Virus record (IMG/VR): IMGVR_UViG_3300009086_000041
Coordinates: 1-38,981 of that record
Length of the DNA: 38,981 nt
Direction: 5' to 3' (one strand)
DNA from: a virus
Lineage: Duplodnaviria; Caudoviricetes
A program made the position numbers and the translations under genes. The notes under the pieces were generated by a model, which made no database searches, was not told the DNA's origin, and saw nothing but the letters and a program-made list of their open reading frames with translations. The number at the start of each line of letters is the position of its first letter. Position 1 is the stretch's first letter. Shown here piece after piece: positions 38,155 through 38,981 of this stretch.

Positions 38155-38369
38155 TTGAAGACGACACACATGATAAACTAACTAAAATGTATCTTGCGTA
38201 TTTCAAGGAAAACGAAAAATTTGAATCACGAAATTCAGTTAGAACACATCAATCAGCAAGACGATGTCTAAGAGAAATTAGACGTCTTGCAAAGGTACGT
38301 ATGGACGAAATACATACAACTCATTTAGAAAAACGATCTAAAAACCACAACGACGAAGGCACGAATTAA
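38151..38369 (+). CDS. Small basic helical protein (72 aa), possibly nucleic-acid binding
   Basis: ATGA overlap with gp46; Arg/Lys-rich ENEKFESRNSVRTHQSARRCLREIRRLAKVR. Confidence 0.7.
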   Translation: MIEDDTHDKLTKMYLAYFKENEKFESRNSVRTHQSARRCLREIRRLAKVRMDEIHTTHLEKRSKNHNDEGTN

Positions 38370-38376
38370 GGCTACG

Positions 38377-38383
38377 GTAAGTA
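38377..38383 (+). promoter_or_regulatory. Possible variant late promoter GTAAGTA, 5 nt before the GIY-YIG ATG
   Basis: One mismatch to GTAAATA, with the same 5-nt spacing to ATG and preceding GG as at gp25; no clear Shine-Dalgarno. Confidence 0.4.
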
Positions 38384-38388
38384 AGTTC

Positions 38389-38838
38389 ATGCAGTGGACT
38401 TATAAAGGAAAACAATTGGAATCTATTCCAGAAGAATATGAAGGATTTGTTTATCTTATTACTAATACTACTACAGGGCAAAAATACATAGGCAAAAAAC
38501 TAGCAAAGTTTAAAACTACTAAGCCACCACTCAAAGGCAAGAAGAACAAACGTAGAGGCTACAAAGAAAGCGACTGGCGAACATACTACGGTAGTTCAGA
38601 CAGACTAAACGCAGACGTAGCAGCACTAGGCGAAGGCAAGTTTACAAGAGAAATACTATACCTATGTAAAGGTAGGGGCGAAATGTCCTACATAGAGGCA
38701 AGAGAACAATTTGATAGGCGAGTACTCGAAACAGATGATTACTACAATGGTATCATTAATGTTAGAGTAGGCGGATCAGATAAACTCAAACAGGCATTGC
38801 TAGAACATCACATACAGGCAAAACATTCCAACACATAA
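38389..38838 (+). CDS. Small stand-alone GIY-YIG (Seg-like) endonuclease (149 aa)
   Basis: GFVYLITN...KYIGKK, YYGSS, FTREIL, candidate metal-binding Glu in YIEAREQ, and YYN; no C-terminal DNA-binding domain. Confidence 0.85.
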   Translation: MQWTYKGKQLESIPEEYEGFVYLITNTTTGQKYIGKKLAKFKTTKPPLKGKKNKRRGYKESDWRTYYGSSDRLNADVAALGEGKFTREILYLCKGRGEMSYIEAREQFDRRVLETDDYYNGIINVRVGGSDKLKQALLEHHIQAKHSNT

Positions 38839-38981
38839 GGTTGGCGGGCCAGACTAAGAATACCGCTGTGGAAAAAGCTCTCGTATAGAAGCACACGTAC
38901 ATATTGATTGACACACCAGAGTGTGGAAGCCACCAAACAAATTGGGCTCACTAGTTGATATAGATTGAATGTTGGCAGTCG
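38822..38981 (+). ncRNA. Candidate structured non-coding element (3'-truncated; strand assumed)
   Basis: 66/143 (46%) G+C after the stop codon, several short stems in series and no convincing ORF; not recognised as a known family. Confidence 0.45.

Noticed and set aside
38808-38981. Minus-strand frame open for 57 codons from the window edge (RLPTFNLYQLV...ECFACM*)
   Set aside because: It has atypical composition and would overlap the nuclease 3' end by about 30 nt. It is not called, but cannot be fully excluded without downstream sequence.
38839-38981. tRNA, tmRNA, RNase P or CRISPR identity for the terminal element
   Set aside because: No TTCGA T-loop or cloverleaf, no GAGGAAAGTCC, and no direct repeats in the visible part.
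1-38981. Alternative genetic code (stop-codon reassignment as in some large phages)
   Set aside because: Very long ORFs are intact in the standard code, and TAA, TAG and TGA all end genes at sensible positions.

Overview
This window is a gene-dense, AT-rich segment (by eye about one-third G+C) of a large T4-superfamily-like myovirus genome, translated with the standard code. A 5'-truncated fibre/adhesin gene (+) converges at a bidirectional terminator on a 33-kb minus-strand late baseplate/tail module. In transcription order that module encodes a gp48/54-like tube initiator, a gp53/LysM-like protein, a hub, a gp5-like spike with a C-terminal GH19 glycosidase, gp25, gp6, a giant 5253-aa wedge/adhesion protein, a small structural protein and three paralogous fibre proteins. 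A divergent + strand unit encodes a gp55-like late sigma factor, gp47/gp46 (Mre11/Rad50), a small basic protein and a minimal GIY-YIG nuclease, followed by a GC-enriched, hairpin-rich non-coding stretch cut off by the window edge. The best leads are: (i) the small GIY-YIG nuclease plus adjacent candidate structured RNA, with an abrupt T-poor codon shift inside the gene; (ii) late-promoter motifs embedded in both sigma70 promoters flanking the late sigma gene, a possible feedback switch; (iii) apparent leaderless late transcripts and a possible upstream late-promoter element; (iv) the architecture of the giant protein, with a beta-propeller split by an ~820-aa insert. All family calls come from motif recognition by eye; no database searches were run.
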